The notes under the pieces: generated by a model | Told to the model about the DNA's origin: nothing | The model's input: the letters and a program-made list of their open reading frames with translations, nothing else | The model's database searches: none | Part shown: one piece after another, positions 1 to 8,798 of the stretch | How the letters are laid out: every line of letters starts with the position of its first letter | Position numbering within the stretch: position 1 is the stretch's first letter | Translations under genes and position numbers: made by a program | Assembly: GCA_964497235.1 (NCBI GenBank) | Contig: CAZCCJ010000005.1 | Coordinates: 371-64,370 of the forward strand | Length of the DNA stretch: 64,000 nt | Reading direction: 5' to 3' | Source of the DNA: an uncultured Staphylococcaceae bacterium | Lineage (GTDB): Bacteria > Bacillota_I > Bacilli_A > RFN20 > CAG-826

Positions 1-264
1 TCTTTATTGTTAATACGCAAAGGAAGGAAAAGGAAAACGAACCGTTCCGATCTCTTTGAGTTAAAAAACCAATATGGCATTTCTTCTTATGAGAAAATCT
101 ACCCATTGCTATTAAACGAATGGAAAGGCGAGCATGGGGATATCGAAGCCAAGTTCGATCGACGCGTCGAAGAACTAAGGGAAGAGATAAAAGATAAGTT
201 ATCTTCGGAGGCCATGGAGAAACCTGTCAAAAAGGCAAAAGCAAAGAAGAAAGCCAAAAGATAG
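1..264 (+). CDS. 3' end of a hypothetical protein entering from the left edge (Lys/Ala-rich tail KKAKAKKKAKR)
   Basis: Frame 1 is open from nt 1, and the ORF-track start at nt 7 is only a TTG. No motif recognised. It could be the upstream part of the neighbouring ATC-hydrolase-like ORF. Confidence 0.3.
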   Translation, partial: SLLLIRKGRKRKTNRSDLFELKNQYGISSYEKIYPLLLNEWKGEHGDIEAKFDRRVEELREEIKDKLSSEAMEKPVKKAKAKKKAKR

Positions 265-275
265 TCTTCGATGCG

Positions 276-626
276 ATGTATAGATATTTGGAGCCGAAGA
301 TACCGACGATGAGATGGATCGCCAAGCATAAGTGGTTCGTGCCGCTTCTAAAGAGGATGATGCCGAGGAAATTCAAAAGGACGTGCGGATATGGTTGGAG
401 GATAGCCTATCCCGACGCTTCGAAAAATAAGTTCTCGATGGTGACCCATTCATGTATTTTCGAAGATATCTTTAAGAAATATGGCATGCCCGAGATGGCC
501 AAAGGCTTTTGCAAGGTGGATAACTTGATGTACGATGCGTTACCGAAAACGAGGTTCTCTTATACGGAAAGGATAGGAGAAGGCGGCAAGGTCTTCGATT
601 ACGTTTTCGAATGCTTCGAAAATTAA
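276..626 (+). CDS. ATC-hydrolase-family-like small protein, possibly truncated
   Basis: The pattern ...THSCIFEDIFKKYGMPEMAKGFCKVDNLMYDAL...RIGEGGKVFDYVF resembles the C-terminal half of L-2-amino-thiazoline-4-carboxylate hydrolase family proteins. At 116 aa it is much shorter than typical members. Confidence 0.35.
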   Translation: MYRYLEPKIPTMRWIAKHKWFVPLLKRMMPRKFKRTCGYGWRIAYPDASKNKFSMVTHSCIFEDIFKKYGMPEMAKGFCKVDNLMYDALPKTRFSYTERIGEGGKVFDYVFECFEN

Positions 627-687
627 TTTTTAGCGGATTTTATCGCGATTTCTTTCCTTTGAATCTGACTTCTGATAGGACAAAAAA

Positions 688-771
688 TTCAAAACACCGA
701 ATTGTTAATGTTCAAAACTCCGAATTGTTAATGTTCAAAACTCCGAATTGCGAATGTTCAAAACACCGATT
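688..771. repeat. 23-bp tandem repeat, 3 full units plus a partial fourth
   Basis: Units read directly: 688-710 ttcaaaacaccgaattgttaatg; 711-733 ttcaaaactccgaattgttaatg; 734-756 ttcaaaactccgaattgcgaatg; 757-771 ttcaaaacaccgatt. The array ends about 45 nt upstream of the ATPase start. Confidence 0.9.
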
Positions 772-815
772 AAGATATAAATGCTAAAAAAGACGATTGC
801 GTTTTGGAGAATATC

Positions 816-2105
816 ATGGAGAAATACATCAACAGGCTCATCGAAAGAGAGATGACGAAGAAGTTGCACAGTTCTGGATGCGTTCTGGTGAAAGGACCGA
901 AATTTTCCGGGAAAAGCACCATGTGCCAGCGTTTTTCATCTTCCGTTACGGCGTTAAAAACGAAAAATCAAATCGCATTGATCGAATCTGATCCGGTATT
1001 GGCTTTAAAAGGTGAAAAGCCGCATTTGATTGACGAATGGCAAAAGGTTCCTGAGGTGTGGAATCTCATAAGGGACGATTTGGATAAGGAATACATCTTC
1101 GGGAAATTCATTTTGACAGGAAGCACGACTCCAGCCGATCCGAAAAAGATATACCATTCAGGCGCCGGAAGGATTTCGTCGCTAGTGATGAGGCCGATGT
1201 CACTATATGAATCTGGTGAATCGGATGGCCGTTTTTCTTTGAAAGACATCTTTTCCGATGGGTTCGATAAAAGCAAATCCGTGATGCCTTATTCCGACGA
1301 TTTTTCCTTGTCCGATGTCGCTTATCTCATCTGCCGCGGCGGTTGGCCGATATCCGTTTTAAGCGATGAGGAATACGCGATAGATGTGACGAAAAACTAT
1401 TACGACGGCCTTTTCGCGAATGAGAATGAAAGCGACGAATTCGCCGAATTCATCGCCAACAAAGACATAGAACTCCTTAAGGCGATCTTAAAAAGCTATG
1501 CTAGGAATGTATCGACGCAAGTGAAGAACTCCGCGGTGATAGGGGATGTTTTGAAATCTGAAGTACGTAGAACTCTGGATGAAGACACGTTCAAAAAATA
1601 CAAAAACATCTTGGAAAATCTCTTCGTCATTTTTGAGATGCCGTCGTGGAATTTGAATCTAAGATCATCGGTTTCAGTGAGGGTCGCGCCGACATATCAC
1701 TTTTTCGATACTTCGATTGCGACCGCCGCTCTTGGGATTACCCCATCTGATTTGCTTAGCGACTTGAATTCGTTCGGCTTTTTCTTCGAAGACATGGCCA
1801 TTAGGGATTTATCCGTCTATTGCAGTCCTTTGGGCGCTGCTCTCAAACATTATCGAGATAGCGTGGGCCGAGAAGTCGATGCCATATTGGAGATGCCAAA
1901 TGGCGAATATATGGCCATTGAAGTGAAAATATATAGCGAAAGCAACATTAAAAGTGGCGTTTCCTCCTTGTTGTCGTTCCAATCATCGATCATTAAAGAC
2001 GGCCGAAAGCCGCCCAAGAGAATGATGATACTTACAAGTCATGGACCCTCATATGTGACGGAGGAAGGCGTTTACGTCATCTCCATCAACCATTTGAAGG
2101 ATTGA
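816..2105 (+). CDS. AAA ATPase with C-terminal DUF4143 / PD-(D/E)XK-like domain (COG1373 type)
   Basis: Walker A is GPKFSGKST. The C-terminus GREVDAILEMPNGEYMAIEVK carries the D...E-x-K nuclease-like signature typical of DUF4143. Start moved to ATG 816, which sits 5 nt after GGAGA; the track start at 804 is a TTG. Confidence 0.8.
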   Translation: MEKYINRLIEREMTKKLHSSGCVLVKGPKFSGKSTMCQRFSSSVTALKTKNQIALIESDPVLALKGEKPHLIDEWQKVPEVWNLIRDDLDKEYIFGKFILTGSTTPADPKKIYHSGAGRISSLVMRPMSLYESGESDGRFSLKDIFSDGFDKSKSVMPYSDDFSLSDVAYLICRGGWPISVLSDEEYAIDVTKNYYDGLFANENESDEFAEFIANKDIELLKAILKSYARNVSTQVKNSAVIGDVLKSEVRRTLDEDTFKKYKNILENLFVIFEMPSWNLNLRSSVSVRVAPTYHFFDTSIATAALGITPSDLLSDLNSFGFFFEDMAIRDLSVYCSPLGAALKHYRDSVGREVDAILEMPNGEYMAIEVKIYSESNIKSGVSSLLSFQSSIIKDGRKPPKRMMILTSHGPSYVTEEGVYVISINHLKD

Positions 2106-2116
2106 TGAAATCGGCC

Positions 2117-3931
2117 TTATTCCGCGCTTGCGAACTGAGAGTTATAAAGCTCGGCATAGAAGCCGTTTGCTTCTAATAGCGATTCGTGGGTTCCGCTTTC
2201 GACGATGTTGCCTTCCTTTAAGACGAGTATCAAATCGGCGTTCTTTATCGTGCTCAAACGGTGGGCGATGATAAAGGATGTGCGGCCTTTGGTGAGTTCA
2301 TCCATGGCTTTTTGGATGACGATCTCGGTGCGGGTATCGACGCTTGAAGTGGCTTCGTCAAGTATCAACATCGGGGCGTTTTGGATCATGGCTCTCGTGA
2401 TGGTTAGCAATTGCTTTTGGCCGGAGCTTATCTCGAGATGGTTATCCAAAACCGTGTGATAGCCGTGCGGCAAGGCTTTGATGAAATGGTCGACGCCGCA
2501 GATCTTGGCGTCTCCTTTCATCGTCGCGTCATCGATTTCCGGGTTATTGAATTTGAGGTTCTCGCGAATCGTGCCATCGAATAGCCAAGTGTCTTGAAGG
2601 ACCATCCCGAATAGCGAATGCACGTTCTCGCGCGTTAGTTCCCTCGTGTCGATTCCGTCTATCGTTATCGAGCCATCCCATATCTCGTAGAAGCGCATCA
2701 ATAAATTAACCAGCGTCGTTTTGCCTGCGCCAGTAGGGCCAACAATCGCTACTTTCTGGCCCGGTTTCACCTTGGCGCTAAAATCCTTGATGATCGGTTT
2801 GCCTATGTCATAGCCGAAAACGACGTGATCGAAGACGATTTCGCCTTTCACATCCTTAGGATCGATCTTTTTCGTTATGTTAGATTCATCCGAGACCTCT
2901 TCTTCCTCTAAGAAGGCGAAGACGCGCGTTGCGGCCGCCGCGCTTTGCTGGAAGTAGGGGAAGTCTTGAGCTAAGTTCGTTAAAGGGGAGCTGAATAGGC
3001 GAATATAGATCATGAAGGTGGTGATGATTGCGATGCTCGCGGATCCTTCGTTTACCAATAAAGCACCGACGACGCAGACGGCGACGTATCCGAAATTGCC
3101 GATGAAATTCATCAAAGGCATCGTGAGGTTGCCGAAGAATTGCGATTTCCAGTTCATTTCGCAAAGCTTCGAATTGAGCTCTTCGAAATCCTTTTCGTTC
3201 GTTTTCACCGCGTTATTGGATCTTACGATGCTATGGGCGCCATAGATCTCTTCGATATGGCCGTTTACCTTGGCGACCGCTTTCTGTTGGGCGGTGAAGA
3301 AGCGCTGGCTCTTCATAAGTATCGCCATTCCTAGCACCCCGCCGATAAGCGTCGCTCCAATAGCCGTAAGGGCCATCCGCCATTCGCTGACGAACATCAT
3401 GATGGTGACGCCGATCAATTGGACGCCGCTTGAGACGAAGGAGGCAATGCTATAGGAGAGGGCTTGACTGATCAAATCCGTGTCGTTGGTGATCAAAGAC
3501 ATGATGTCGCCCGCTTCTTTTCCTTCGATCGTCTTTAGGGGGACGCGGTTTATTTTCTCGTTGATGTCTTTTCTGAGCTTCTCGCCGACGACGTTAGAGA
3601 CGATGGTCATGATGAAGGATTGGACGTAGCTAAAGACGATGCTGAGGGAATAGAAGAGGATGAGCAAAAGGCAGATGCTCCCGATTCTTTCTAAATCTAT
3701 TGATCCGGTGCCGTATATTTCGGCGGTGACGCCTTCTTGTAGCAAGTCGGTTATCTCGCCGAAGTAACTAGGGCCTAAGATAATCAAAACGGATCCGGCC
3801 ACGGCGAAAAGGACGGCGATGATGATGGATGGGAAGAAGGGTTTGCCATATCCCAGTAATTTCTTGAAGCCGCCAAAGGATTCCTTGAAGGTGAGCTTCT
3901 TTTTCTTATCGAATGCCATTTCCTCGTTCAT
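2117..3931 (-). CDS. ABC exporter permease/ATPase subunit carrying the catalytic Walker B glutamate
   Basis: Six-TM N-terminal half followed by a nucleotide-binding domain: Walker A GPTGAGKTT, atypical signature ISSGQKQ, Walker B LILDEATSSVD, H-loop IIAHRLST. There is a 4-nt overlap with the upstream partner gene. Confidence 0.9.
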   Translation of the reverse strand: MNEEMAFDKKKKLTFKESFGGFKKLLGYGKPFFPSIIIAVLFAVAGSVLIILGPSYFGEITDLLQEGVTAEIYGTGSIDLERIGSICLLLILFYSLSIVFSYVQSFIMTIVSNVVGEKLRKDINEKINRVPLKTIEGKEAGDIMSLITNDTDLISQALSYSIASFVSSGVQLIGVTIMMFVSEWRMALTAIGATLIGGVLGMAILMKSQRFFTAQQKAVAKVNGHIEEIYGAHSIVRSNNAVKTNEKDFEELNSKLCEMNWKSQFFGNLTMPLMNFIGNFGYVAVCVVGALLVNEGSASIAIITTFMIYIRLFSSPLTNLAQDFPYFQQSAAAATRVFAFLEEEEVSDESNITKKIDPKDVKGEIVFDHVVFGYDIGKPIIKDFSAKVKPGQKVAIVGPTGAGKTTLVNLLMRFYEIWDGSITIDGIDTRELTRENVHSLFGMVLQDTWLFDGTIRENLKFNNPEIDDATMKGDAKICGVDHFIKALPHGYHTVLDNHLEISSGQKQLLTITRAMIQNAPMLILDEATSSVDTRTEIVIQKAMDELTKGRTSFIIAHRLSTIKNADLILVLKEGNIVESGTHESLLEANGFYAELYNSQFASAE

Positions 3932-5697
3932 TTCGCTAACTCCTCTTGGCTGAGCTGGCTCTCGGCTATTTCCTTATATAGAGGGCAGCTCGCTAATAGT
4001 TCCTCGTGTTTTCCAAGCCCGACGACCTTCCCTTCGTCCAAAACCAGTATCTGATCGGCTTCCTTTATCGAGCCGATGCGTTGGGCGACTATTATCTTCG
4101 TCGTTTCCGGATATTCGTCGTGGAGCGCTTTCCTCACTTCGAAGTCGGTCTTGAAGTCGAGTGCGCTTAGGCTATCGTCCAAAACCAATATTTCCGGGTT
4201 TCTCGCTAGGGCTCTGGCGATGCTTAGACGTTGCTTTTGCCCGCCTGAGACGTTCTTTCCGCATTGCTCTATCTTGCTATTTAGTCCTTCCTCTTTTTTA
4301 TTTATGAATTCCTCGCTATGAGAGATGCGGATGGCTTTTTCCAATGATTCCTTGCTGTACCCTTCACTTTCCCCATAAAGGATGTTATTCGCGATTGAGC
4401 CACTAAAAAGAGTGGCTTTTTGCGGGACTAATGCGATTTTGTTGTATAAAGCGTCGAACGTGTATTCTTTTAACGAAACGCCGTCGATCGATACTTCTCC
4501 GCTTTTTGGATCATAGAATCTCATGGCCATTTTGACCAATGTGCTTTTACCGCTTCCCGTTGGGCCGATTATCGCTAGCGTCTCGCCTTTTTTCAAACTG
4601 AACGAAATGTCGCTAAGGACGTCTTCTTGCACCGTCTTATCCTCGTTATCGTATCCGAAGCTCACATGTTCGAAAACGATTTCCCCGGTCCTTTCGGTCT
4701 TCTCGTCGAACTTGCCTTCTTTGATGCTATATTCGCTCGAAAGGACTTCCGAGACGCGTTTGGCGGCCACGAAGCCACGAGGGGACATGATAAGGAAGAA
4801 GACCATCGATAGGAATCCCATGATGACCATCGTGCTATAGCTAGAGAAGACGATCATATTGGAAAAGGTCGTGAGCTTCTCTGGGGCTTCGTTTGCGGCG
4901 TGGATGCTATAGGCGCCAATCCAATATATGGCGACGGGGAGTCCACTCATGATGGCTGTCATGACGGGCGAAAGAACGCTCATCAAGATGCCTGTGAAGT
5001 TATTCGTCTTGGTGAGGTCTTTGTTGGCTTTGTCGAACTTTTTGGCTTGGTAATCCTCGGCGTTGAAGGCCTTGATGACGCGAAGACCTTGGATATCTTC
5101 GCGCGACATTGCGTTGATGCTGTCGATTTGGTTTTGGATGCGCTTGAATTTCGGTATGGCGAGAGAGCCGATTATGGCGATGGTGACGATCAAAAAGGCG
5201 ACGGCAACGCCAACGGCGATCGTCCATTCGTCATTCCCTTTTCCGAGTATTTTGAAAATCGACCAGATGGCGAGAATCGGTGATTTAAAGGTGAGAGACA
5301 TCGCCATCGTGAGCAAATTGGTGATCTGGGTGATGTCATTGGTGGTCCTGGTGATCAAGGAAGGAATGCTATAGGCTTCGATATCGTGCTCCGACATCTT
5401 TTGGACTTTCGAATAGAGAAGGCTACGGAGTTTTTTGGAGAAATTGGCGCTTATCCTCGCACTGATGAAATAGACGATGGCCATGTCAAGACACGTCGCC
5501 ACGGCGCAAAGGAGCATATAGCCGCCATCAACAAGGATTGAATTGATATTTGCATCGGTCGAGAGAAGGGAATTCGACATCGAGCCCATGTAGTCAGGAA
5601 TCAAGAGCTCTAGATATACGCTCAAAACGACGAGCCCTAAGGCTATCACTATGCCGATCCAATCTTTTAAGCTCAGATGTTTCAACAATTTGAACAT
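3928..5697 (-). CDS. ABC exporter permease/ATPase subunit with a degenerate Walker B
   Basis: Walker A GPTGSGKST, canonical signature VSGGQKQR, Walker B LVLDDSLSALD (Asp replaces the catalytic Glu). Start set at ATG 5697, 6 nt after AGGAGA; the track start at 5718 is a TTG. Confidence 0.9.
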   Translation of the reverse strand: MFKLLKHLSLKDWIGIVIALGLVVLSVYLELLIPDYMGSMSNSLLSTDANINSILVDGGYMLLCAVATCLDMAIVYFISARISANFSKKLRSLLYSKVQKMSEHDIEAYSIPSLITRTTNDITQITNLLTMAMSLTFKSPILAIWSIFKILGKGNDEWTIAVGVAVAFLIVTIAIIGSLAIPKFKRIQNQIDSINAMSREDIQGLRVIKAFNAEDYQAKKFDKANKDLTKTNNFTGILMSVLSPVMTAIMSGLPVAIYWIGAYSIHAANEAPEKLTTFSNMIVFSSYSTMVIMGFLSMVFFLIMSPRGFVAAKRVSEVLSSEYSIKEGKFDEKTERTGEIVFEHVSFGYDNEDKTVQEDVLSDISFSLKKGETLAIIGPTGSGKSTLVKMAMRFYDPKSGEVSIDGVSLKEYTFDALYNKIALVPQKATLFSGSIANNILYGESEGYSKESLEKAIRISHSEEFINKKEEGLNSKIEQCGKNVSGGQKQRLSIARALARNPEILVLDDSLSALDFKTDFEVRKALHDEYPETTKIIVAQRIGSIKEADQILVLDEGKVVGLGKHEELLASCPLYKEIAESQLSQEELAK

Positions 5698-5770
5698 AGT
5701 TCGTCTCCTAACTAACAATGCGAGATTTTATGGATTTTGATATTTTTGTCAAGCCTTATTTATGGGCGGT

Positions 5771-5786
5771 GAAATCTTAAGATTTC
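5771..5786. promoter_or_regulatory. Perfect 16-bp palindrome (candidate operator) in the divergent promoter region
   Basis: GAAATCTTAAGATTTC equals its own reverse complement. It ends 16 nt upstream of a TATAAT at 5803-5808. Confidence 0.35.
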
Positions 5787-5826
5787 GTATCCCCTGAAAG
5801 CGTATAATGTGGCCGAGGAAATAGAC

Positions 5827-6096
5827 ATGGAAAATAAGACCATATTGGTGAAGATGGCGGTGATGGGCATGAGGTGCTCGATGTGCGAAGCGCACGTCAA
5901 CGACGCCATAAGGAAAGTCGACGGCGTGCTTAAGGTTAAAGCTAGCGCTTCCAAAGGTGAAGCTCGCATTTTGGTGAAAGAAGGCACGGATTTAGAGAAA
6001 ATAAGGGATTCTGTAGCGAAAGAAGGCTATGGAGTCGGCGAGATAACTAGCGAGCCATATACGAAAAAAGGCTTTTTCTCTCGCCTTTTCTTTTGA
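5827..6096 (+). CDS. Heavy-metal-associated (HMA) domain protein, CopZ-like
   Basis: GMRCSMCEAHV is the M-x-C-x-x-C metal-binding motif at the usual position of the ferredoxin-like HMA fold. ATG 5827 is preceded by GAGGA (5815-5819) and TATAAT (5803-5808). Confidence 0.75.
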   Translation: MENKTILVKMAVMGMRCSMCEAHVNDAIRKVDGVLKVKASASKGEARILVKEGTDLEKIRDSVAKEGYGVGEITSEPYTKKGFFSRLFF

Positions 6097-6178
6097 CCTA
6101 GCATGGTTCTAAAGAAGGGATGAATGGTCGAGCGCGAGATATGTTATTTTGTTCATGTTTTTGCCTATAGGTGCAATA

Positions 6179-6205
6179 AAGGGGCGCATCAAGCGACGCG
6201 CCCTT
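6179..6205. terminator. GC-rich hairpin between the convergent HMA gene and the feo operon
   Basis: The arms aaggggcgc and gcgccctt pair with one bulge. There is no clean U-tract on either strand. Confidence 0.3.
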
Positions 6206-6228
6206 GGAGGAAAACCGAGAGGGATTTG

Positions 6229-6444
6229 CTAGGATTTTTGCTTTTCCTCTGCCTTTTTTTGTTTCTTGAGCTCTTTGGCCTTTTGCTTATGGTAAGCCTT
6301 TACCAATGATTTTCCGATGTGCTTATAGCCGCAACCCTCGTTGATCGACGGCTTCCCTTTGAAGCGCCTATATATCTCAATCGAGAAATACGACACGACG
6401 ATAAGGGAGGCGACAACGATGGTTGAGATCTCTAGAGGCCCCAT
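6229..6444 (-). CDS. Small single-TM protein downstream of feoB (FeoB-associated-like)
   Basis: It starts 6 nt after the feoB stop. It has an N-terminal TM helix, then KGKPSINEGCG, then a Lys-rich tail. It resembles FeoB-associated Cys-rich membrane proteins but has only one Cys. Confidence 0.4.
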   Translation of the reverse strand: MGPLEISTIVVASLIVVSYFSIEIYRRFKGKPSINEGCGYKHIGKSLVKAYHKQKAKELKKQKKAEEKQKS

Positions 6445-6450
6445 GGTGAA

Positions 6451-8796
6451 TTACTTCGCCGAAGCCTCTTTTTTGGCTTTCGCTTTCGAGTAGAAGAAGA
6501 CGAGAACGAGAAGGGCGGTGGCGACTGGCACGATGATGGCAATCGTCCAAGCCCAATCGATCATCACATAGAATGCGGCGGCGGTTAGATAGCTAACGGC
6601 AAGCCAGAAGAGGATCGTGCCCCAGAAGGCTTTCTTGGAACCGAGTTCTCCTTTCGCAGTGGCGACCGAAGCGAAGCAAGGAATCGTCAAGACGTTGAAG
6701 ATGATGAAGGAGATCATGCTGCCATTGGTCCAAGTGGTGGAGTTCATGATGGCGGTTATCGCCTCCGCACCTTCTTCGATTGCCTCTCCGCCGGTGATGA
6801 TTCCGCCGAGAGATCCAAGGGTTCCGATGACGTTTTCTTTGGCGATTAAGCCGTTGATCGCGGCCACGCTATAAGCCCAGCCGTTTGCTCCGGCTTGGAC
6901 GCCCCAGCCAAGAGGGGTGAAGATAGGCTGGATGATTTTGCCGATGCAAGCCAAGATGCTGTTGGATTCAAGGGCTTGCAAACTCGCATAGCCGATTTTA
7001 TTGATTTCTGCCAAACCTTCGGCGGTTTCGTCGCTGTAATTCGGGATGAATTGCCAAGAAGCGGTAAAGTTGGAGAAGACCCAAACCAAGATCGTGGTGA
7101 CTAAGATTATGGTGAAGGCTTTCTTCAAGAAGTGCTTGGCTTTGTCCCAGATATGGATGCCTAAAGCGCGTGGTTGCGGCAAGTGGTAGCTTGGAAGCTC
7201 CATCACGAATGGGGCGACTTCTTCGCGTTGGGTGGTGTGGTTCATGACGATGACCATCAAGATAGCCATCGCAACTCCAAGGATATACATGGCGAAGGTG
7301 AGGAGTCCGGCATTGATTCCCGCGGCCGTGGCCAAGGCGCCGGCGACGGCGACGAGGATCGGGAGTTTCGCGGAGCAGGCGAAGAACGGAATGACGCGAA
7401 TCGTCTTCGTGCGTTCCTTCTCGCTAGTCAAGGTGCGGGTGTTGATCATGGCTGGAACGCCGCATCCAAAGCCCATTATCATCGGCAAGAATGCGCGTCC
7501 GGAAACGCCGAAGCGGCGGAATAATCTGTCCAAAACGAAGGCGACGCGGGCCATATAGCCGCTGTCTTCGAGGATGCTGAAGAAGAAGAATAAGAGAAGG
7601 ATCTGAGGCAAGAAGCCGACGACTGCGAATAAACCGCCGAGGACGCCTTCGCAAATGAAGCCATTGACCCAACTATCGGCCGGAATCAAGTTGCTGATCC
7701 AAGTTTGGAAGGTGCCAGTCAAGGAATTAAGGAAGTTCGCAAGCACCGTGCCTAAGCTATTCCAGCCATCGGCGGTATAGAAGAGCTCGGCGAACATATG
7801 GTATGACTCTTCGTCTTCCGGATGCCATTTCCATTGGATGAGGCCTTCATAGCCTTCCCCGAAATCGACGCCCATGGCGTGGAGATAGAGGACGTCGCTA
7901 TTGAAGACGATTTGGAAGATGAGGTAGAAAAGAACGATGAGAATCGGGAAGGCGAGCCAACGGTTGGTGAGGATCCTATCGATTTTATCGGATAGCGACA
8001 GCTTCTTTTTCTCTTGCGTCGGGGCGCCCTTTTTGGCTGAGGCCAGTTCCTTGGTTATATAGGAATAGCGGTAATCCGCGCTCTTGGCTTCGAAATCGAC
8101 GTCTTCTTTGACCAAAGAACGGGCTTTTTCCGCGAATGCGGAGTTCTTTTGAAGTTCCACTTCGTCATTTTCGAGAGCCTTGACGGCGTGGAAGAGGGGG
8201 TTATCGATCTTGGCGTCGCTATAGATTTTGGTGGCTTCGTTGATCGTCTCTTCTAGTTCTTTGGCTTCCCAAACGACTCTCCCTTTGCGAGAATGGGTGG
8301 CGGTTGCGATGGCGATGGACATCAAATCGTCGAGACCTTGTTGTTTGAGTGCGCTAACAGCGATGACTGGAACGCCGAGTTTTTTAGACAAGGCCTTCAC
8401 ATCGATCGATTGACCTTGCGCCTCAAGGGCGTCAGTCATGTTTAACGCGATGACGACGGGGGTATCCATCTCAAGGATCTGAGTCGTCATGAAGAGATTT
8501 CGTTCGAGGTTAGTCGCGTCGATGACGTTGATGACGCAATCGGGCTTGGATTCGAGGATGTAGTCGCGGGAGATAACCTCTTCTGGCGAATATGGGGATA
8601 AGCTATAGATGCCAGGAAGGTCGGTGATCACGCAATCGCCGAGTTTCTTATTCTTATATGTGCCTTCGCGTTTTTCAACGGTGACGCCTGGCCAGTTGCC
8701 GACATAGGCGGTGCTCCCAGTCAAGCTATTGAAGAGGGTGGTCTTGCCGCAGTTAGGGTTACCGGCGAGGGCAAAGTTCATTTTCTTTTCGCTCAT
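6451..8796 (-). CDS. feoB: Ferrous iron transporter FeoB
   Basis: N-terminal G-domain NFALAGNPNCGKTTLFNSLTG and DLPGIYSL, followed by a long polytopic membrane domain. 781 aa. Confidence 0.95.
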   Translation of the reverse strand: MSEKKMNFALAGNPNCGKTTLFNSLTGSTAYVGNWPGVTVEKREGTYKNKKLGDCVITDLPGIYSLSPYSPEEVISRDYILESKPDCVINVIDATNLERNLFMTTQILEMDTPVVIALNMTDALEAQGQSIDVKALSKKLGVPVIAVSALKQQGLDDLMSIAIATATHSRKGRVVWEAKELEETINEATKIYSDAKIDNPLFHAVKALENDEVELQKNSAFAEKARSLVKEDVDFEAKSADYRYSYITKELASAKKGAPTQEKKKLSLSDKIDRILTNRWLAFPILIVLFYLIFQIVFNSDVLYLHAMGVDFGEGYEGLIQWKWHPEDEESYHMFAELFYTADGWNSLGTVLANFLNSLTGTFQTWISNLIPADSWVNGFICEGVLGGLFAVVGFLPQILLLFFFFSILEDSGYMARVAFVLDRLFRRFGVSGRAFLPMIMGFGCGVPAMINTRTLTSEKERTKTIRVIPFFACSAKLPILVAVAGALATAAGINAGLLTFAMYILGVAMAILMVIVMNHTTQREEVAPFVMELPSYHLPQPRALGIHIWDKAKHFLKKAFTIILVTTILVWVFSNFTASWQFIPNYSDETAEGLAEINKIGYASLQALESNSILACIGKIIQPIFTPLGWGVQAGANGWAYSVAAINGLIAKENVIGTLGSLGGIITGGEAIEEGAEAITAIMNSTTWTNGSMISFIIFNVLTIPCFASVATAKGELGSKKAFWGTILFWLAVSYLTAAAFYVMIDWAWTIAIIVPVATALLVLVFFYSKAKAKKEASAK

Positions 8797-8798
8797 TG

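Noticed and set aside
688-771. Considered whether the 23-bp tandem repeats are a small CRISPR array.
   Set aside because: The units are directly adjacent with no spacers. There are only about 3.6 copies, and no cas genes are present in the window.
6124-6309. A 61-aa plus-strand ORF between the HMA gene and the feo operon.
   Set aside because: It overlaps the terminator hairpin and the 3' end of the small feo-associated gene. It has no ribosome-binding site and gives a low-complexity translation.
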